Shown here: positions 45,169 through 56,440 of the stretch, in pieces
How the letters are laid out: the number at the start of each line of letters is the position of its first letter
How positions within the stretch are numbered: position 1 is the stretch's first letter
Assembly (NCBI GenBank): GCA_903864835.1
Contig: CAIPHK010000004.1
Span: forward strand, 64,448 to 128,447
Length of the DNA stretch: 64,000 nt
Reading direction: 5' to 3'
From: an uncultured bacterium
GTDB taxonomy: Bacteria > Margulisbacteria > Marinamargulisbacteria > SXXA01
Notes under the pieces: generated by a model
The model's input: the letters and a program-made list of their open reading frames with translations, nothing else
The model's database searches: none
Told to the model about the DNA's origin: nothing
Made by a program: the position numbers and the translations under genes

Positions 45169-45242
45169 GGGCGGAATATATCGACTATCACTGTGCCGGT
45201 CCAGTTGAAATCAGACAGGATATTTTTTCTATCAACCGATAA

Positions 45243-46022
45243 TTAGCCTGGCACGACTGGCTTGCCATCTTGGGTCCAGCCGTAAAATAAATCGATATCG
45301 GTCTGGAGACTGCCTTTTCCGGGAGAGAGGACCAAGACGGATAGTTCTTTCTGCTTATTTTTGGTCAACTCCATTACCCCTGTTTTGCGTTTTGCGAGGG
45401 CCTCATAATCTCTGGTTTCAGGATCGTCCAAACAACACATCTCGATACCGACAAAGAGGGTGCTTTTGGAAAAAAGGATTTTGGGTAACGATTTCATGGT
45501 GTCCCAAATTACCACGTGATTTTGGGCAAGGGCGGATCGGACTTGAGATAACATTTCATCATCAACGGCGTGATTCACGGCGTTTCGAAGCGATGTCATG
45601 CGTTGATTTTCACGATTGTTTAGGCTCTCAAGGGTAATTTTGTGTTTTAAACTACGGTTGCGCTTGGTGATCTCTGCCTCCATACAGGCATCCCTTTCGA
45701 CGATGCTAACCCTGGTGCTATCAGCCTCAAAGCGAGTTTTCAGCGTCTGAGCCATTGTGGATTTTCCTGAGCCTGAGGGTCCCTTGAGCTGGATCACAAG
45801 GCTATTAAAAGGGCCTGAACGTTGAATTTTAAACGGAAATTGGTGTGAGTAGGCGTCCTGGAAGGCCATCGCGAATTCTGCCACATTGGCCGAGTTTCTC
45901 AATTCGTTGCTCATTTTATAGGTAGCCATCCCGCAAATAGATATAAGTGTCGGTTTACCAATCCCCATAACGATAACCGGGCCATTTTTGGTATAGGCAC
46001 ATTTCTCGCGAAGGGCGCACAT
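45243..46022 (-). CDS. P-loop NTPase or kinase of unknown specificity. It is co-transcribed upstream of fic.
   Basis: Walker A LKGPSGSGKSTMAQTL and a Walker-B-like hydrophobic-D stretch. It resembles polynucleotide kinases, zeta-like kinases, or AAA_33-type enzymes. The true start may be an internal Met (MATYKM...). Confidence 0.55.
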   Translation of the reverse strand: MCALREKCAYTKNGPVIVMGIGKPTLISICGMATYKMSNELRNSANVAEFAMAFQDAYSHQFPFKIQRSGPFNSLVIQLKGPSGSGKSTMAQTLKTRFEADSTRVSIVERDACMEAEITKRNRSLKHKITLESLNNRENQRMTSLRNAVNHAVDDEMLSQVRSALAQNHVVIWDTMKSLPKILFSKSTLFVGIEMCCLDDPETRDYEALAKRKTGVMELTKNKQKELSVLVLSPGKGSLQTDIDLFYGWTQDGKPVVPG

Positions 46023-46065
46023 GCAACGCTGTGTAACCGAAGCGAAAATGAGGCTATACCAAAAA

Positions 46066-46157
46066 TGGCGGAAAAGGTGGGATTCGAACCCACGGTAATG
46101 TTGCCACTACACACGCTTTCCAAGCGTGCTCCTTAAGCCACTCGGACACTTTTCCGC
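46066..46157 (-). tRNA. tRNA-Ser (anticodon GGA), type II with a long variable arm.
   Basis: The reverse complement GCGGAAAAGTGTCCGAGTGGCTTAAGGAGCACGCTTGGAAAGCGTG...GGTTCGAATCCCACCTTTTCCGCCA shows a cloverleaf with anticodon loop ttGGAaa. Confidence 0.85.
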
Positions 46158-46446
46158 GATGAAGACCATTCCAACAGTGTCGATCCATTATGCCTCAGCC
46201 ATCTTTCGATGTGAAGAGCTCAATTGGGCTCTGTTGCGAAATACCCAATCTGCCCAATTTTCGTTCAGTTTATGTGGCTCTGCCACACCGCACTGACCGA
46301 TAAATTGCACATCTTGTGCATTTGGCAACATCGCAAACGCGAGAATACTGGTATTTTGCGCCCGATCCAATTGCATTGTCACATAGGTCGATGGGATAAT
46401 TCCAAAAAAACCCTCCGCCAGCCCCCTTGAGTCTAGGTGAAATGTA

Positions 46447-46887
46447 ATGGCCGCCAATAGTAAATTTGCAGTTTCAACCCACGTAATGTCCGTTCTCGGA
46501 TATTTTTCTGTGTCCCCTGACCCAAAATATGTTCGTAACGATGGCTTGGTGAGCTCCGAAACCGTGGCGGGAAGCGTTAATACCAATCCGGTAGTGGTTC
46601 GTCGAATTCTGTCGCAATTGGCAAAAGCAGGGCTTGTGACGTCGCAATTGGGTAAACAGGGCGGCGTTAAATTGTCACGATCGGTCTCTGAGATTTCGTT
46701 GCTTGATATCTATTTGGCGGTTGGGGAGTCTCCATTTTTTTCCCATAATCCAAATGATCCGAACCCGATTTGTCCGGTCAGTTGTAAGATAAAGGCGCTT
46801 ATTCAACCGGTGTTTGATCAATTCAGTGTTTCGGTTAAATCACAGCTTGGGGCGATCACGCTGTCGCACCTCCTTTCTCAGCTCTAA
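46447..46887 (+). CDS. Rrf2-family transcriptional regulator.
   Basis: An N-terminal wHTH (VSTHVMSVLGYF...VVVRRILSQLAKAGLVTSQLGKQGG) typical of Rrf2/BadM, and a C-terminal region containing Cys. Confidence 0.75.
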   Translation: MAANSKFAVSTHVMSVLGYFSVSPDPKYVRNDGLVSSETVAGSVNTNPVVVRRILSQLAKAGLVTSQLGKQGGVKLSRSVSEISLLDIYLAVGESPFFSHNPNDPNPICPVSCKIKALIQPVFDQFSVSVKSQLGAITLSHLLSQL

Positions 46888-46906
46888 TCCCCCCTGTTTG
46901 ACACTC

Positions 46907-46941
46907 ATTTTTTAGGGGAGCATAATATTTCGGTTCTATTT
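46907..46941 (+). promoter_or_regulatory. Sigma70-type promoter for mdh-sdhCAB.
   Basis: TTGACA, a 17-bp spacer, then CATAAT. The site is about 60 nt upstream of the mdh RBS gaggag. Confidence 0.5.
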
Positions 46942-46999
46942 TTTTTTGGTTTCTTAAATTTTCTATAAATTTTTAGTTTTGATATGAGGAGTACACCAG

Positions 47000-47935
47000 A
47001 TGACGCGTAAAAAAGTAACGGTAGTGGGTGCGGGGTTTGTGGGTTCAACAGCCGCGCAACGGATTGTCGAAAAGCAACTGGCTGATGTTGTATTGATTGA
47101 TATTGTTGAAGGCCTTCCCCAAGGAAAAGCGTTGGACATGATGCAATCCGCCGCAGTTGAAGGATTCGATACCCATATTGTTGGGACAAATGACTATAAA
47201 GACACGGCGAATTCTGATGTAGTTGTTGTTACTGCGGGTATCGCTCGCAAACCGGGGATGTCTCGCGACGATCTTTTAAATACCAACGCCGGAATTGTGG
47301 GCGGAGTCGTCGAAGAAATTGCTAAGTATTCACCGAACGCCATTTTAATTGTGGTATCTAACCCATTGGACGTTATGACTCATTTGGCATGGCGACGATC
47401 TGGGTTTGATGCGAAGAGAGTATTCGGGATGGCCGGAGTATTGGATTCTGCCCGATATGCCTTTTTTATATCCGAAGCATTAAATTGTTCGATCAAGGAT
47501 GTTCGGGCGATGGTATTGGGCGGTCACGGAGATACGATGGTTCCGGTGCCTCATTTCACCACGGTGAATGGCGTGACGCTGACTGAATTATTGCCCGCTG
47601 ACAAAATTGAAGCGATTAACGATCGGACTCGAAACGGTGGCGCTGAAATTGTGAAGCATCTTAAAACCGGCAGTGCCTATTACGCGCCGTCTGCATCGGC
47701 AGTTGCGATGGTTGAGGCCGTTCTTTTGGGTTCGAATCGATTGTTGCCTGTTTGTGCATTAACGAGCGGTGAATACGGAATCAGTGATCTGTATTGTGGC
47801 GTGCCTGCAATCGTTGGTGCGGCAGGTGTTGAGAAAATTATCGAAGTTAACTTAAGTCCGTCGGATTTGGCTGCGCTACAGGCGTCGGCGAATGCGGTTA
47901 AAGAGTTGGTCGAAGTCCTAAAAATTACGGTATAG
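47000..47935 (+). CDS. mdh: Malate dehydrogenase (LDH-like, NAD-dependent).
   Basis: N-terminal GAGFVGS Rossmann motif and the LDH/MDH family active-site region. 311 aa. Confidence 0.92.
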   Translation: MTRKKVTVVGAGFVGSTAAQRIVEKQLADVVLIDIVEGLPQGKALDMMQSAAVEGFDTHIVGTNDYKDTANSDVVVVTAGIARKPGMSRDDLLNTNAGIVGGVVEEIAKYSPNAILIVVSNPLDVMTHLAWRRSGFDAKRVFGMAGVLDSARYAFFISEALNCSIKDVRAMVLGGHGDTMVPVPHFTTVNGVTLTELLPADKIEAINDRTRNGGAEIVKHLKTGSAYYAPSASAVAMVEAVLLGSNRLLPVCALTSGEYGISDLYCGVPAIVGAAGVEKIIEVNLSPSDLAALQASANAVKELVEVLKITV

Positions 47936-47953
47936 ACCACACAAGGAGCGATT

Positions 47954-48649
47954 ATGGCTGGATATTTTTCATCGTCTCTGGGTCGGAAGCAAGTGGTAGC
48001 AATTACCGGCTTGTTGCTGATTCTGTTTTTAATTATGCATTTGTCGGGCAATTTACTGTTGTATAAGGGGCCTGATGCGTTTAACGCGTACGCGGAATTT
48101 TTGGATCATTTAGGGATGATTAAGTTGCTTGCGCGGGTTGGGTTGGTACTCTTGTTTGTGACGCATATCGTGTTTACGGCATTGTTGGTGATCGATAATC
48201 GGAAAGCCCGTGGCCAAGAGGGGTATGCCGTCAATCGCGCAGTGGGGAAACGCTCATTTGCCACGCGGTTGATGCCCTATACCGGAACGTTGGTGTTGGT
48301 CTATTTGATTTTTCACTTATTGGATTACACGTTGGCGGATCATCACAGTGCTAAATCGATTGTAGATGGCGTTAATCTGGGGCTTTACGGGTTGGTCTAT
48401 AACTCGTTTCGGAGCCCAGTGCGTGTGGCGTTTTACGTGGCGGGAATGTTCGGAATTGGGTTTCACCTGATTCATGCGGTTCAAAGTGTGGTGCAAACCT
48501 TCGGATTTAATCATCCCACGGCGACGCCTGTGATCCGACGGTTGAGTACGCTCATTGGGGTGGCGATTGCGGTGGGCTTCGCGTCGATTCCCTTTTATTT
48601 GTTTCTTTGTGGTGGTGCCCGTGCTTGCTCAGTGAGCTGCTTGTTTTAA
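47954..48649 (+). CDS. sdhC: Succinate dehydrogenase / fumarate reductase cytochrome b subunit (5-TM, b558 type).
   Basis: A 231-aa membrane protein with conserved His ligands, immediately upstream of sdhA. Confidence 0.8.
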   Translation: MAGYFSSSLGRKQVVAITGLLLILFLIMHLSGNLLLYKGPDAFNAYAEFLDHLGMIKLLARVGLVLLFVTHIVFTALLVIDNRKARGQEGYAVNRAVGKRSFATRLMPYTGTLVLVYLIFHLLDYTLADHHSAKSIVDGVNLGLYGLVYNSFRSPVRVAFYVAGMFGIGFHLIHAVQSVVQTFGFNHPTATPVIRRLSTLIGVAIAVGFASIPFYLFLCGGARACSVSCLF

Positions 48650-48659
48650 GGAAATAGTT

Positions 48660-50573
48660 ATGAAACTCGATTCAAAAGTTCCAGAAGGCCCCATTGCCGA
48701 AAAATGGGAAAAACATAAATTTGATATGAAATTGGTCAATCCCGCCAATCGCCGCAAGTTCGAGGTGATTGTAGTTGGGACCGGTTTGGCTGGGGCATCT
48801 GCCGCAGCAAGTTTGGGTGAAATGGGATACAAGGTAAAGGCATTTTGTTTTCAAGACAGCCCACGCCGAGCGCATAGTATTGCGGCCCAAGGGGGAATTA
48901 ATGCCGCCAAGAATTATGCGAATGATGGGGATAGTGTTCACCGTCTATTTTATGACACGGTCAAAGGCGGAGATTTTCGCGCCCGAGAAGCCAACGTTCA
49001 TCGGTTGGCCGAGGTCAGCGTAAATATTATCGATCAATGTGTGGCCCAAGGGGTTCCCTTCGCCCGAGAGTACGGTGGATTGTTAGATAATCGGTCGTTC
49101 GGTGGGGCTCAAGTATCACGAACGTTTTACGCCAAAGGTCAAACGGGGCAACAGCTTCTTTTAGGGGCCTACAGTGCCATGATGAAAGAAGTAGCCAAAG
49201 GATCGGTAGAGTTGTTTTCCCGCCGAGAAATGTTGGAATTGGTCGTCATTGATGGTCATGCCCGAGGGATTATTGTTCGAAATCTAATTACGGGCGAGAT
49301 TGAATCCCATACTGCGGACGCTGTGTTATTGGCGACTGGGGGCTACGGAAACGTATTTTATTTATCGACTAATGCCAAAGGCAGTAATGTAACGGCGGCA
49401 TGGCGAGCCCACCGAAAAGGTGCGCTATTTGCTAACCCTTGCTATACCCAGATTCACCCTACGTGTATTCCGGTTCACGGGGACTATCAATCCAAATTGA
49501 CCTTGATGAGCGAAAGCTTACGAAATGATGGACGAGTATGGGTTCCTAAACAAAAAGGGGATACCCGCCCTCCGGCAGATATTCCGGAAGATGAACGAAA
49601 TTATTATCTTGAAACCAAGTATGTTAGTTTTGGGAACTTGGTACCGAGGGACATTGCATCTCGGAATGCCAAGTCGGTTTGCGACGAGGGTAAAGGGGTA
49701 GGGGCGTCAGGATTGGCCGTCTATCTTGATTTTGCCGATTCAATTCGTCGATTGGGGAAACCCGCGATTGAAGAAAAATACGGCAACTTGTTCGAGATGT
49801 ATGAGCGCATCACGGGTGAAGATCCCTATTCCACACCAATGAGAATCTATCCTGCAATCCATTACACGATGGGTGGGTTATGGGTCGACTATAATTTGAT
49901 GAGTACGATTCCGGGGCTCCATGTATTGGGCGAGGCTAATTTCTCGGATCATGGCGCAAATCGGTTGGGTGCGAGTGCCTTGATGCAAGGGTTGGCGGAT
50001 GGCTATTTTGTTATTCCGTATACCCTTGGCAACTATCTTGCGACGACTAAGCTCGAAAAAGTGACCACTGATCACCCTGAGTTTAAAAAGGCTGAGGCGG
50101 AAGCCAAAGGCCGAATTGACCAACTGTTATCGATCAAAGGAACCCGAACCGTAGATGATTTCCATCGCGAGTTGGGATTGTTGATGTGGGACAAGTGTGG
50201 GATGTCTCGGACTGAAGCGGGACTCAAGGAAGCATTAAAGCGGATTACTGAAATTCGTGAAGAATTTTGGAAAAACGTAAATGTCCTCGGTGAAAACGAA
50301 GAGTTTAATCAAGCGTTAGAAAAAGCGGGACGTGTGGCGGACTATTTAGAGTTTGCCGAACTGTTTGCGGCGGATGCGCTTCATCGGATGGAGTCCTGTG
50401 GGGGCCATTTCCGGGAAGAAAGCCAAACCCCTGAGGGAGAAGCCCTTCGGGATGATGAGAATTTTTGTTACGTCGGTGCATGGGAATTTAACGGTGTGGG
50501 ACAAGCGCCAACGCTTCATAAAGAGGCGCTGACGTTTGAAAATGTTCCCTTAACCCAAAGGAGCTACAAATAA
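48660..50573 (+). CDS. sdhA: Succinate dehydrogenase flavoprotein subunit.
   Basis: 637 aa with the FAD-binding motif [12 protein letters not shown], the covalent-FAD His region, and a capping domain. Confidence 0.95.
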   Translation: MKLDSKVPEGPIAEKWEKHKFDMKLVNPANRRKFEVIVVGTGLAGASAAASLGEMGYKVKAFCFQDSPRRAHSIAAQGGINAAKNYANDGDSVHRLFYDTVKGGDFRAREANVHRLAEVSVNIIDQCVAQGVPFAREYGGLLDNRSFGGAQVSRTFYAKGQTGQQLLLGAYSAMMKEVAKGSVELFSRREMLELVVIDGHARGIIVRNLITGEIESHTADAVLLATGGYGNVFYLSTNAKGSNVTAAWRAHRKGALFANPCYTQIHPTCIPVHGDYQSKLTLMSESLRNDGRVWVPKQKGDTRPPADIPEDERNYYLETKYVSFGNLVPRDIASRNAKSVCDEGKGVGASGLAVYLDFADSIRRLGKPAIEEKYGNLFEMYERITGEDPYSTPMRIYPAIHYTMGGLWVDYNLMSTIPGLHVLGEANFSDHGANRLGASALMQGLADGYFVIPYTLGNYLATTKLEKVTTDHPEFKKAEAEAKGRIDQLLSIKGTRTVDDFHRELGLLMWDKCGMSRTEAGLKEALKRITEIREEFWKNVNVLGENEEFNQALEKAGRVADYLEFAELFAADALHRMESCGGHFREESQTPEGEALRDDENFCYVGAWEFNGVGQAPTLHKEALTFENVPLTQRSYK

Positions 50574-51322
50574 TGAGTAAGTCGATTAATTTAACTCTTA
50601 AAGTGTGGCGCCAAAAAAATGCCAAATCCAAAGGGCAATTTGAGACCTATCTGGCTGAAAATGTAGATAGTGATTGTTCATTTTTAGAGATGTTGGATGT
50701 CGTTAACGAAGATCTAAACAAAGCGGGAAAAGATCCCATCGCTTTTGATCACGACTGTCGCGAAGGTATTTGTGGTGCATGTGGTGCCGTTGTAAATGGC
50801 CAGGTCCACGGGCCGCAGCGGAAGACGACGTTATGTCAGCTTCATATGCGACAGTTCAGCGACGGCGATACCATTGTGATTGAACCCTATCGATCACGGG
50901 CGTTTCCGGTGATTAAGGATTTGGCCGTTGATCGAACGGCGTTTGATCGGATTATTCAAGCCGGTGGGTATGTGTCAGTTAAAACGGGGCAAGCCCCTGA
51001 TGCCCACTCCATTTTGGTTCCTAAAACCAACGCGGATTTGGCGATGGATGCCGCTCAATGTATTGGGTGTGGGGCCTGCGTGGCCGCCTGTCCCAATGCG
51101 TCGGCGATGTTATTTGTATCTGCCAAAGTGAGCCACTTTGCACTGTTGCCTCAAGGGCAACTCGAGCGTAAAGAACGGGTAAAGCGGATGGTCGCTCAAA
51201 TGGACAAAGAAGGTTTTGGAAACTGTTCCAACGAATATGAATGTGAAGCGGCGTGTCCTAAAGGGATTAGCGTTTCAAATATCGCTCGGATGAACCGGGA
51301 CTATATGGGGGTTGGGAGCTAA
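50573..51322 (+). CDS. sdhB: Succinate dehydrogenase iron-sulfur subunit.
   Basis: Cys clusters for the [2Fe-2S], [4Fe-4S] and [3Fe-4S] centres ([10 protein letters not shown]..., [18 protein letters not shown]). Confidence 0.92.
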   Translation: MSKSINLTLKVWRQKNAKSKGQFETYLAENVDSDCSFLEMLDVVNEDLNKAGKDPIAFDHDCREGICGACGAVVNGQVHGPQRKTTLCQLHMRQFSDGDTIVIEPYRSRAFPVIKDLAVDRTAFDRIIQAGGYVSVKTGQAPDAHSILVPKTNADLAMDAAQCIGCGACVAACPNASAMLFVSAKVSHFALLPQGQLERKERVKRMVAQMDKEGFGNCSNEYECEAACPKGISVSNIARMNRDYMGVGS

Positions 51323-51360
51323 CTCTCACCCCCTCATATCAAGGGTTTGGACGATTGGCG

Positions 51361-51798
51361 CTAGCACCAATCGTCCATTCGATGAAGTAGTTGGATGTGA
51401 TGAATGATGGGTTCCATTTTAGGATTTCCCCTGAGTTTCTTGAGTGTTTCTTTGTCGATAGCTGAAATTTTGTTGAGAATTTCAGCTGTGGCATCGGCCA
51501 CTTTTACGTCTAATGGGTACTCGTAATGATATGCTTCTGAATACTTAATTCCGATTGATCTAAATACGTCAATCAAGGAGTTGATTGCATCGTCATTATT
51601 GAGTTTGCCTAGAAGTTTGCGTATTTCCGGCGTTAAACCTTGGCAATAATGTGCGAGATGTTGATTATAAAAGGCGACCACCTTGGTTCGTTTTTCAACT
51701 TGAGTCGCCTGGGGGGAGGTTAACGTTTCAAAAAGTAAATCGACCGAATTTGGCGGAATATGGGGGTCGGTGTGTACCGAAATATATTTGTGGTTCAT
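51361..51798 (-). CDS. Hypothetical protein of 145 aa.
   Basis: The ORF has coding-like composition but no recognised domain. Confidence 0.45.
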   Translation of the reverse strand: MNHKYISVHTDPHIPPNSVDLLFETLTSPQATQVEKRTKVVAFYNQHLAHYCQGLTPEIRKLLGKLNNDDAINSLIDVFRSIGIKYSEAYHYEYPLDVKVADATAEILNKISAIDKETLKKLRGNPKMEPIIHHIQLLHRMDDWC

Positions 51799-51859
51799 TG
51801 GTTATTTCCTTTTCTTGTTGCTGATGGTCGCACCACGCTCGGCTTTTTTTGCAGCAGTT

Positions 51860-53085
51860 TCAGCCGCTTGAATCGCTTTTGTAGTTTCGTAAGCTTGGCG
51901 TTCTGAGGGTGTCCAGAAATGTCGCTGTACTGCGCCGGATGCCATCGATGAGATTGAATGGGTTGACTGCCAACTTAATCACGTTCAACAGTCCGACATC
52001 ATATTGATCCGATTTCAACATGTGGTCTCGGAACGCTTCGTGAGTGGCTCGTGACACAAAGATGTCAATAAGATCTTTGGATTTGTGGCGTCGTACGTTG
52101 AGCCGAAGTTCATTATGCAATTCGATGCCCGCCGTTAGGGTTTCTGGGTTAAATCGAAAGTTTGCGGAATCTTCGCAACTGGAAGTTTCTGGTTTCCAAC
52201 TCACTTGGAATGGGTTGATCGTCCCCGCTTTGACAGCTGAAAGTAGGGGGGAAATGGATACTTGAGCACTGGCGGTGGCTGCATCATGGGTCAGTCCCAC
52301 CGACTCAAGATGGGCGCCAACTAAGTGAGCGTTGTCCGAGGTTACTTCGAATCGGCGTGCTGCAGCTTGATGTTGTAGTGATACAAACGCGACGCGGTCT
52401 AACGTGGATTTGTCGGCGTGAGACAGCGGGACTGTCGGGTCGATCACGAAGGCGTCAGCGAATTTTAGGGTTGGGCGATATGGTGTGAATCCTTGCTGTA
52501 CGAGAGTGATCAATTGGTTGGCTCTCTCCGTGGTTACGACGATCTCTTGATGATACAGATCTGGGCACCGGGTTGTGACGTACGCAGCGATGATGATCCC
52601 TCTTCCTGTACCAGTCGCCACGAAAGTATGGATGTTGGTGGGGTCAGGATCGTGCGCGATACTTCCAAGGTCTCTACTATGAGAGTCGCGATGAATTACG
52701 CGCTCTCCGCTGGAGTCTAGGTCAAAATGGTCTTCGTTAATTTGGACGTCGCCGGTGACCGCTAACGCAAATGTGACCGCTTGATAAAATTTATCGGAAA
52801 TATCGGAGGGGATTCCCACGTGGGAATGGGGAACGATCGAAATGGCACCTTGGTTTCTGAATGCGGGATTGGGATCTTGGCGATTTCATGAGTATGGAAT
52901 CCAACCGGAGCATTCTCCCATGCGTCTTGAATGGTTTGCCCGAGTCCATCAAGCCTAATGCTTCTTAAAATGTCCGATAGTTTTTCTAAATACAAATCCT
53001 TGTTGGTCGAGTGCACCAATTCCGACAGTTGATCTTTTAGGGTGATCCCCCTGGTGCTTACACTGACAATTTTATGGTTATTCAT
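51860..53085 (-). pseudogene. Hypothetical protein gene split by a frameshift into ORFs 52762..53085 and 51860..52819.
   Basis: Two overlapping minus-strand ORFs in different frames share a 58-nt overlap and have coherent composition. Together they would encode about 410 aa. Confidence 0.45.
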
Positions 53086-53244
53086 ACAGCATCCCCGTTC
53101 TAGTTTTAGATAGTTACCCCTTGTACGGCGCCGAGTATATTGCTAAAAATCTATTATGTCTATAGAGTAAGTATTCTATTAAAAAGGGACGCAAAATTTT
53201 TCGTCTGTACGGACCCTGGGGCCAGAGAAGAAAGGAAGATTAAA

Positions 53245-54438
53245 ATGAAATTAGGTTCAAAGATATTGATCGGATTAATTTCGGGAGTGGTGGCTGGGTG
53301 GCTGTTGGGGGATCGGGCAGAGATGCTTAAGCCCATTGGTGACCTGTTTTTAAATGCGCTTAAAATGATGATTGTCCCACTGGTATTTTCATCGTTGGTG
53401 GTGGCCGTGGCGAGGTTTAGGGACCCTCTGCGGTTGGGGCGTTTCGGAATAAAGTCCTTTGGATTATTTGTCGGTTTGTCGTCGATTGCGATTGGAATTG
53501 GCGTGAGTGTGGTCCGATGGGTTCAGCCGGGCGCGGGGCTTCATTTGGTACCGTCTGCGACCCATTCTGTGGCGTCGGTGAGCGTATTGGATCAGTTGGT
53601 TGCGATTATCCCTTCGAATCCGGTCGGGGCGCTGGCGACAGGAAATACCCTGCAGATTGTGGCCTTTTCCTTGATTTTTGGAGTATCGATGGTGTTGGCG
53701 GGAGACCGGGCCAGACCGGTGGCCGATTTCTTTGAGTCGTTTTCCGTGGTGATGGAGCGGTTGACGGGGTTGGTGATGGCGACGGCCCCCTACGGGGTCT
53801 TTGCCTTGATTGCAGCCACCGTAGGGGCGCAGGGACTGGCGATTTTGTTACCGTTGGTTCGTGTGATTGCGGCGGTAGGGGTGGCGTGTGGTATTCATGT
53901 GATCGTTGTTTATAGCGGGGTGCTATGGGTGGGGGCTCGGTTTAATCCGATTCGCTTTTTTTCGCGGATTGGCGACGTCGCAATGATGGCGTTTACGACG
54001 ACCAGTGTTGGCGCAACACTACCCGTGAGTTTAGACACGGTTCAGCGGAAGTTGGGTGTATCTGAAACCATTGCTAAGTTTGTGTTGCCGATTGGGGCGA
54101 CGGTTAATAAGGGCGGGACCGTGATTTATCAATCGGTTGCAGTGGGTTTTATTGCTCAGGCATATGGGGTGCCATTATCTTTGGGGAGTTACGCGATGAT
54201 TGGGCTGGTGACGCTGATTTCGTCGTTGGGGACCCCGAGTATTCCGGGGGCGGGGTTGATTATTCTGACATTGATTTTGAGCTCAGCCGGACTGCCTTTG
54301 GAGGGAATCGCTGTGATTGCCGGCGTGGATCGGGTACTGGACATGATTCGAACCCCGACGAACGTAATCGGCGATTGTGTGGTGGCGGTGGTTGTTGCGA
54401 CGAGCGAGGGCGAGTTAAGCGTGAGTCAAAAATTGTAA
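53245..54438 (+). CDS. Dicarboxylate/amino acid:cation symporter (DAACS; GltP/DctA/SstT-like).
   Basis: The RBS aaaggaag precedes the ATG at 53245. Multiple TM and re-entrant-loop segments are typical of the SDF family. Confidence 0.85.
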   Translation: MKLGSKILIGLISGVVAGWLLGDRAEMLKPIGDLFLNALKMMIVPLVFSSLVVAVARFRDPLRLGRFGIKSFGLFVGLSSIAIGIGVSVVRWVQPGAGLHLVPSATHSVASVSVLDQLVAIIPSNPVGALATGNTLQIVAFSLIFGVSMVLAGDRARPVADFFESFSVVMERLTGLVMATAPYGVFALIAATVGAQGLAILLPLVRVIAAVGVACGIHVIVVYSGVLWVGARFNPIRFFSRIGDVAMMAFTTTSVGATLPVSLDTVQRKLGVSETIAKFVLPIGATVNKGGTVIYQSVAVGFIAQAYGVPLSLGSYAMIGLVTLISSLGTPSIPGAGLIILTLILSSAGLPLEGIAVIAGVDRVLDMIRTPTNVIGDCVVAVVVATSEGELSVSQKL

Positions 54439-55293
54439 GAAATCCCGCTGAAGGACGCTCTGATATCGATTTTTGACGATGACCCAATAGAATGGGCGGA
54501 TCAACGATTCGATCGTTGGGATTTTGAACAATCGACCGCTATCTAGCTCATGTTGGACGGTGAATTGGGACACGCACGCGATGCCGAGTCCGGCTTCAAC
54601 CGCATGTTTGACCGCTTCGGTATGGCCCATGGTCATGGTGCGACCGAGTGTGATCGATTGCTGATAGAGGACCTGTTCAAATACAGTCAGCGTCCCCGAT
54701 CCTTCTTCTCGTAATATCCAGCGGTGGTCGGCCAATGCGGCCAAATGAACTGGCGTGTCGGTAGTTGGTGGTATGGCGGAGATAATACACAGTTGATCGT
54801 CGATCCAAGGGGTCTCTGCCAGTCTCCGGGTATCGGAAATGGGCCCTTCGACTAAGGCGATATCCAACGTGTATGCCAACAATTGGGCTTCGATGGCGGA
54901 GGTATTGGCGATATGGAGTCGAACGTCCACTCTGTCCCCGTAGGGGGCGCTGAATTTGCCTATTATCTTGGGGAGTAGGTAATTACCGATGGTGCTACTT
55001 GCTCCGACATCCAACTGGCCAGTGAGGGTATCGTTTTTAAGGATTTTAATATGATCCTCCACCTCGATTAACACGGGGGACAGATGTTCCAAGAGATACC
55101 GTCCCCGTTGGTTGAGGACCAAGCGATGCTTCACGCGGTCGAATAATGGTCCGGATAATGCCGTTTCAAGTTCGGAAATCGCCATGCTGATCGCCGAGTG
55201 GCTCATCGCCATCGACTGGGAGGACTGTCGCATGTTCAACGATCGAGCGACCTGAACAAAAATTTCCATCTGCCGAAACGTAATGTTGATCAT
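54415..55293 (-). CDS. LysR-family transcriptional regulator.
   Basis: N-terminal HTH (MRQSSQSMAMSHSAISMAISELE) and a LysR substrate-binding domain. It is divergent from the YeiH-family gene. Confidence 0.85.
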   Translation of the reverse strand: MINITFRQMEIFVQVARSLNMRQSSQSMAMSHSAISMAISELETALSGPLFDRVKHRLVLNQRGRYLLEHLSPVLIEVEDHIKILKNDTLTGQLDVGASSTIGNYLLPKIIGKFSAPYGDRVDVRLHIANTSAIEAQLLAYTLDIALVEGPISDTRRLAETPWIDDQLCIISAIPPTTDTPVHLAALADHRWILREEGSGTLTVFEQVLYQQSITLGRTMTMGHTEAVKHAVEAGLGIACVSQFTVQHELDSGRLFKIPTIESLIRPFYWVIVKNRYQSVLQRDFLQFLTHA

Positions 55294-55362
55294 TGGTCAG
55301 ACTATTTGAACATATTGGATCGATATTGTTAATACTAATTACCATTTTGGTGGGGTAGCCTA

Positions 55363-56391
55363 GTGTCCATGACATTATTAAGTTTGGTAATCGGGATTGT
55401 GATTTCGTTTTTTCTGTCCCACAAGTTAAAGAAAAAGTCGGGCCAACTTTTTGGTTTATTGTCGAAGGCCTGTGTGATCGGGGTGGGATTTGGTCTTCAT
55501 GTGGAGGACTTGCAAGTGGTGGATCTTCCACGAATTGGCATGATTGTCGGGGGGATCGGGATTACGATTGTGGCGGGTTATTTCTTGGGACGGCTGATGC
55601 GGATGTCGGCATCCATGGCGACGCTCATTACCGTGGGCACTGCGATTTGCGGGGGAAGTGCAATTGCAACGGTGGCGCCGCTTATTCGTGCAAAACGGCG
55701 AGATGTCGTGGTGGCACTGGCTTCAATTTTTTTATTAAATAGCGTGGCCATAATCATTTTTCCCGTTGTAGGGCGGGCCGTTGGATTGTCGGATTCGATG
55801 TTTGGCTTATGGGCGGGTATTGCGATTCATGATACGAGTAGTGTCATCGGCGCGGCGTCAATTTTTAGTGAAGCGTCGCTTAAAATAGCGGTGATTATCA
55901 AGGCGATTCGGACCCTGTTTATCGTGCCAATTGCGATTGGTATTTCCGTCTTGAGTCGTCGAAAATCAGAACCGACTGGGTTTCCATGGTTTTTGGGGAT
56001 TTTTTTAATTGCGATCGGCGTGGTGCAATTTTTACCAGCGGGAGAACCCTTTTTTCACATGGTTTATAGTGTCTCTAAGCAGATGACGGTGGTTCCTATT
56101 TTTTTACTGGGCACTTCATTTTCTGCCAAGGAAACGGAAGAAGGTGGGGTGAAGCCCCTCGTTTTTGCGAGTGTGTTATGGGTGACTGTCGCGGTAGCGG
56201 TTTTGGGAGTTATTTTTTTAACGAAAGTTCACCAGCGTCCATCCTGGGGTCCACCTCACCCCGCCCTACGGGCACCCCTCTCCACGCACTTCGTACGTAG
56301 AGAAGGGCTGTCGGATATTTTAAGAACGGATCGCTATCCGTCTGTGCAGATTAATACAAATATAACCTCCAGCCCTTCTCTGTTGACGTAG
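55363..56391 (+). CDS. YeiH/UPF0324-family membrane protein (putative sulfate exporter family).
   Basis: A polytopic protein in the classic divergent arrangement with a LysR gene. The last 45 codons or so run into a family-A inverted repeat, so the real stop is probably upstream or the tail is artefactual. Confidence 0.7.
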   Translation: MSMTLLSLVIGIVISFFLSHKLKKKSGQLFGLLSKACVIGVGFGLHVEDLQVVDLPRIGMIVGGIGITIVAGYFLGRLMRMSASMATLITVGTAICGGSAIATVAPLIRAKRRDVVVALASIFLLNSVAIIIFPVVGRAVGLSDSMFGLWAGIAIHDTSSVIGAASIFSEASLKIAVIIKAIRTLFIVPIAIGISVLSRRKSEPTGFPWFLGIFLIAIGVVQFLPAGEPFFHMVYSVSKQMTVVPIFLLGTSFSAKETEEGGVKPLVFASVLWVTVAVAVLGVIFLTKVHQRPSWGPPHPALRAPLSTHFVRREGLSDILRTDRYPSVQINTNITSSPSLLT

Positions 56392-56428
56392 TCAATGGAG
56401 AGGGGTGCCCGTAGGGCGGGGTGAGGTG
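56251..56428. repeat. Repeat family A copies 4 (reverse, 56251..56345) and 5 (forward, 56371..56428). They form a near-perfect inverted repeat separated by about 25 bp.
   Basis: The 32-nt arms cacctcaccccgccctacgggcacccctctcc and ggagaggggtgcccgtagggcggggtgaggtg are exact reverse complements. Copy 4 carries a variant core (cacgcacttcgtacgtag). Confidence 0.8.
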
Positions 56429-56440
56429 AAGTCACAAAAT

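Noticed and set aside
46188-46586. Minus-strand 132-aa ORF overlapping the Rrf2 regulator gene.
   Set aside because: Its 3' half is antisense to a well-supported Rrf2-family gene (46447..46887). Only the portion from 46188 to 46446 is free, and it has no RBS or recognisable features.
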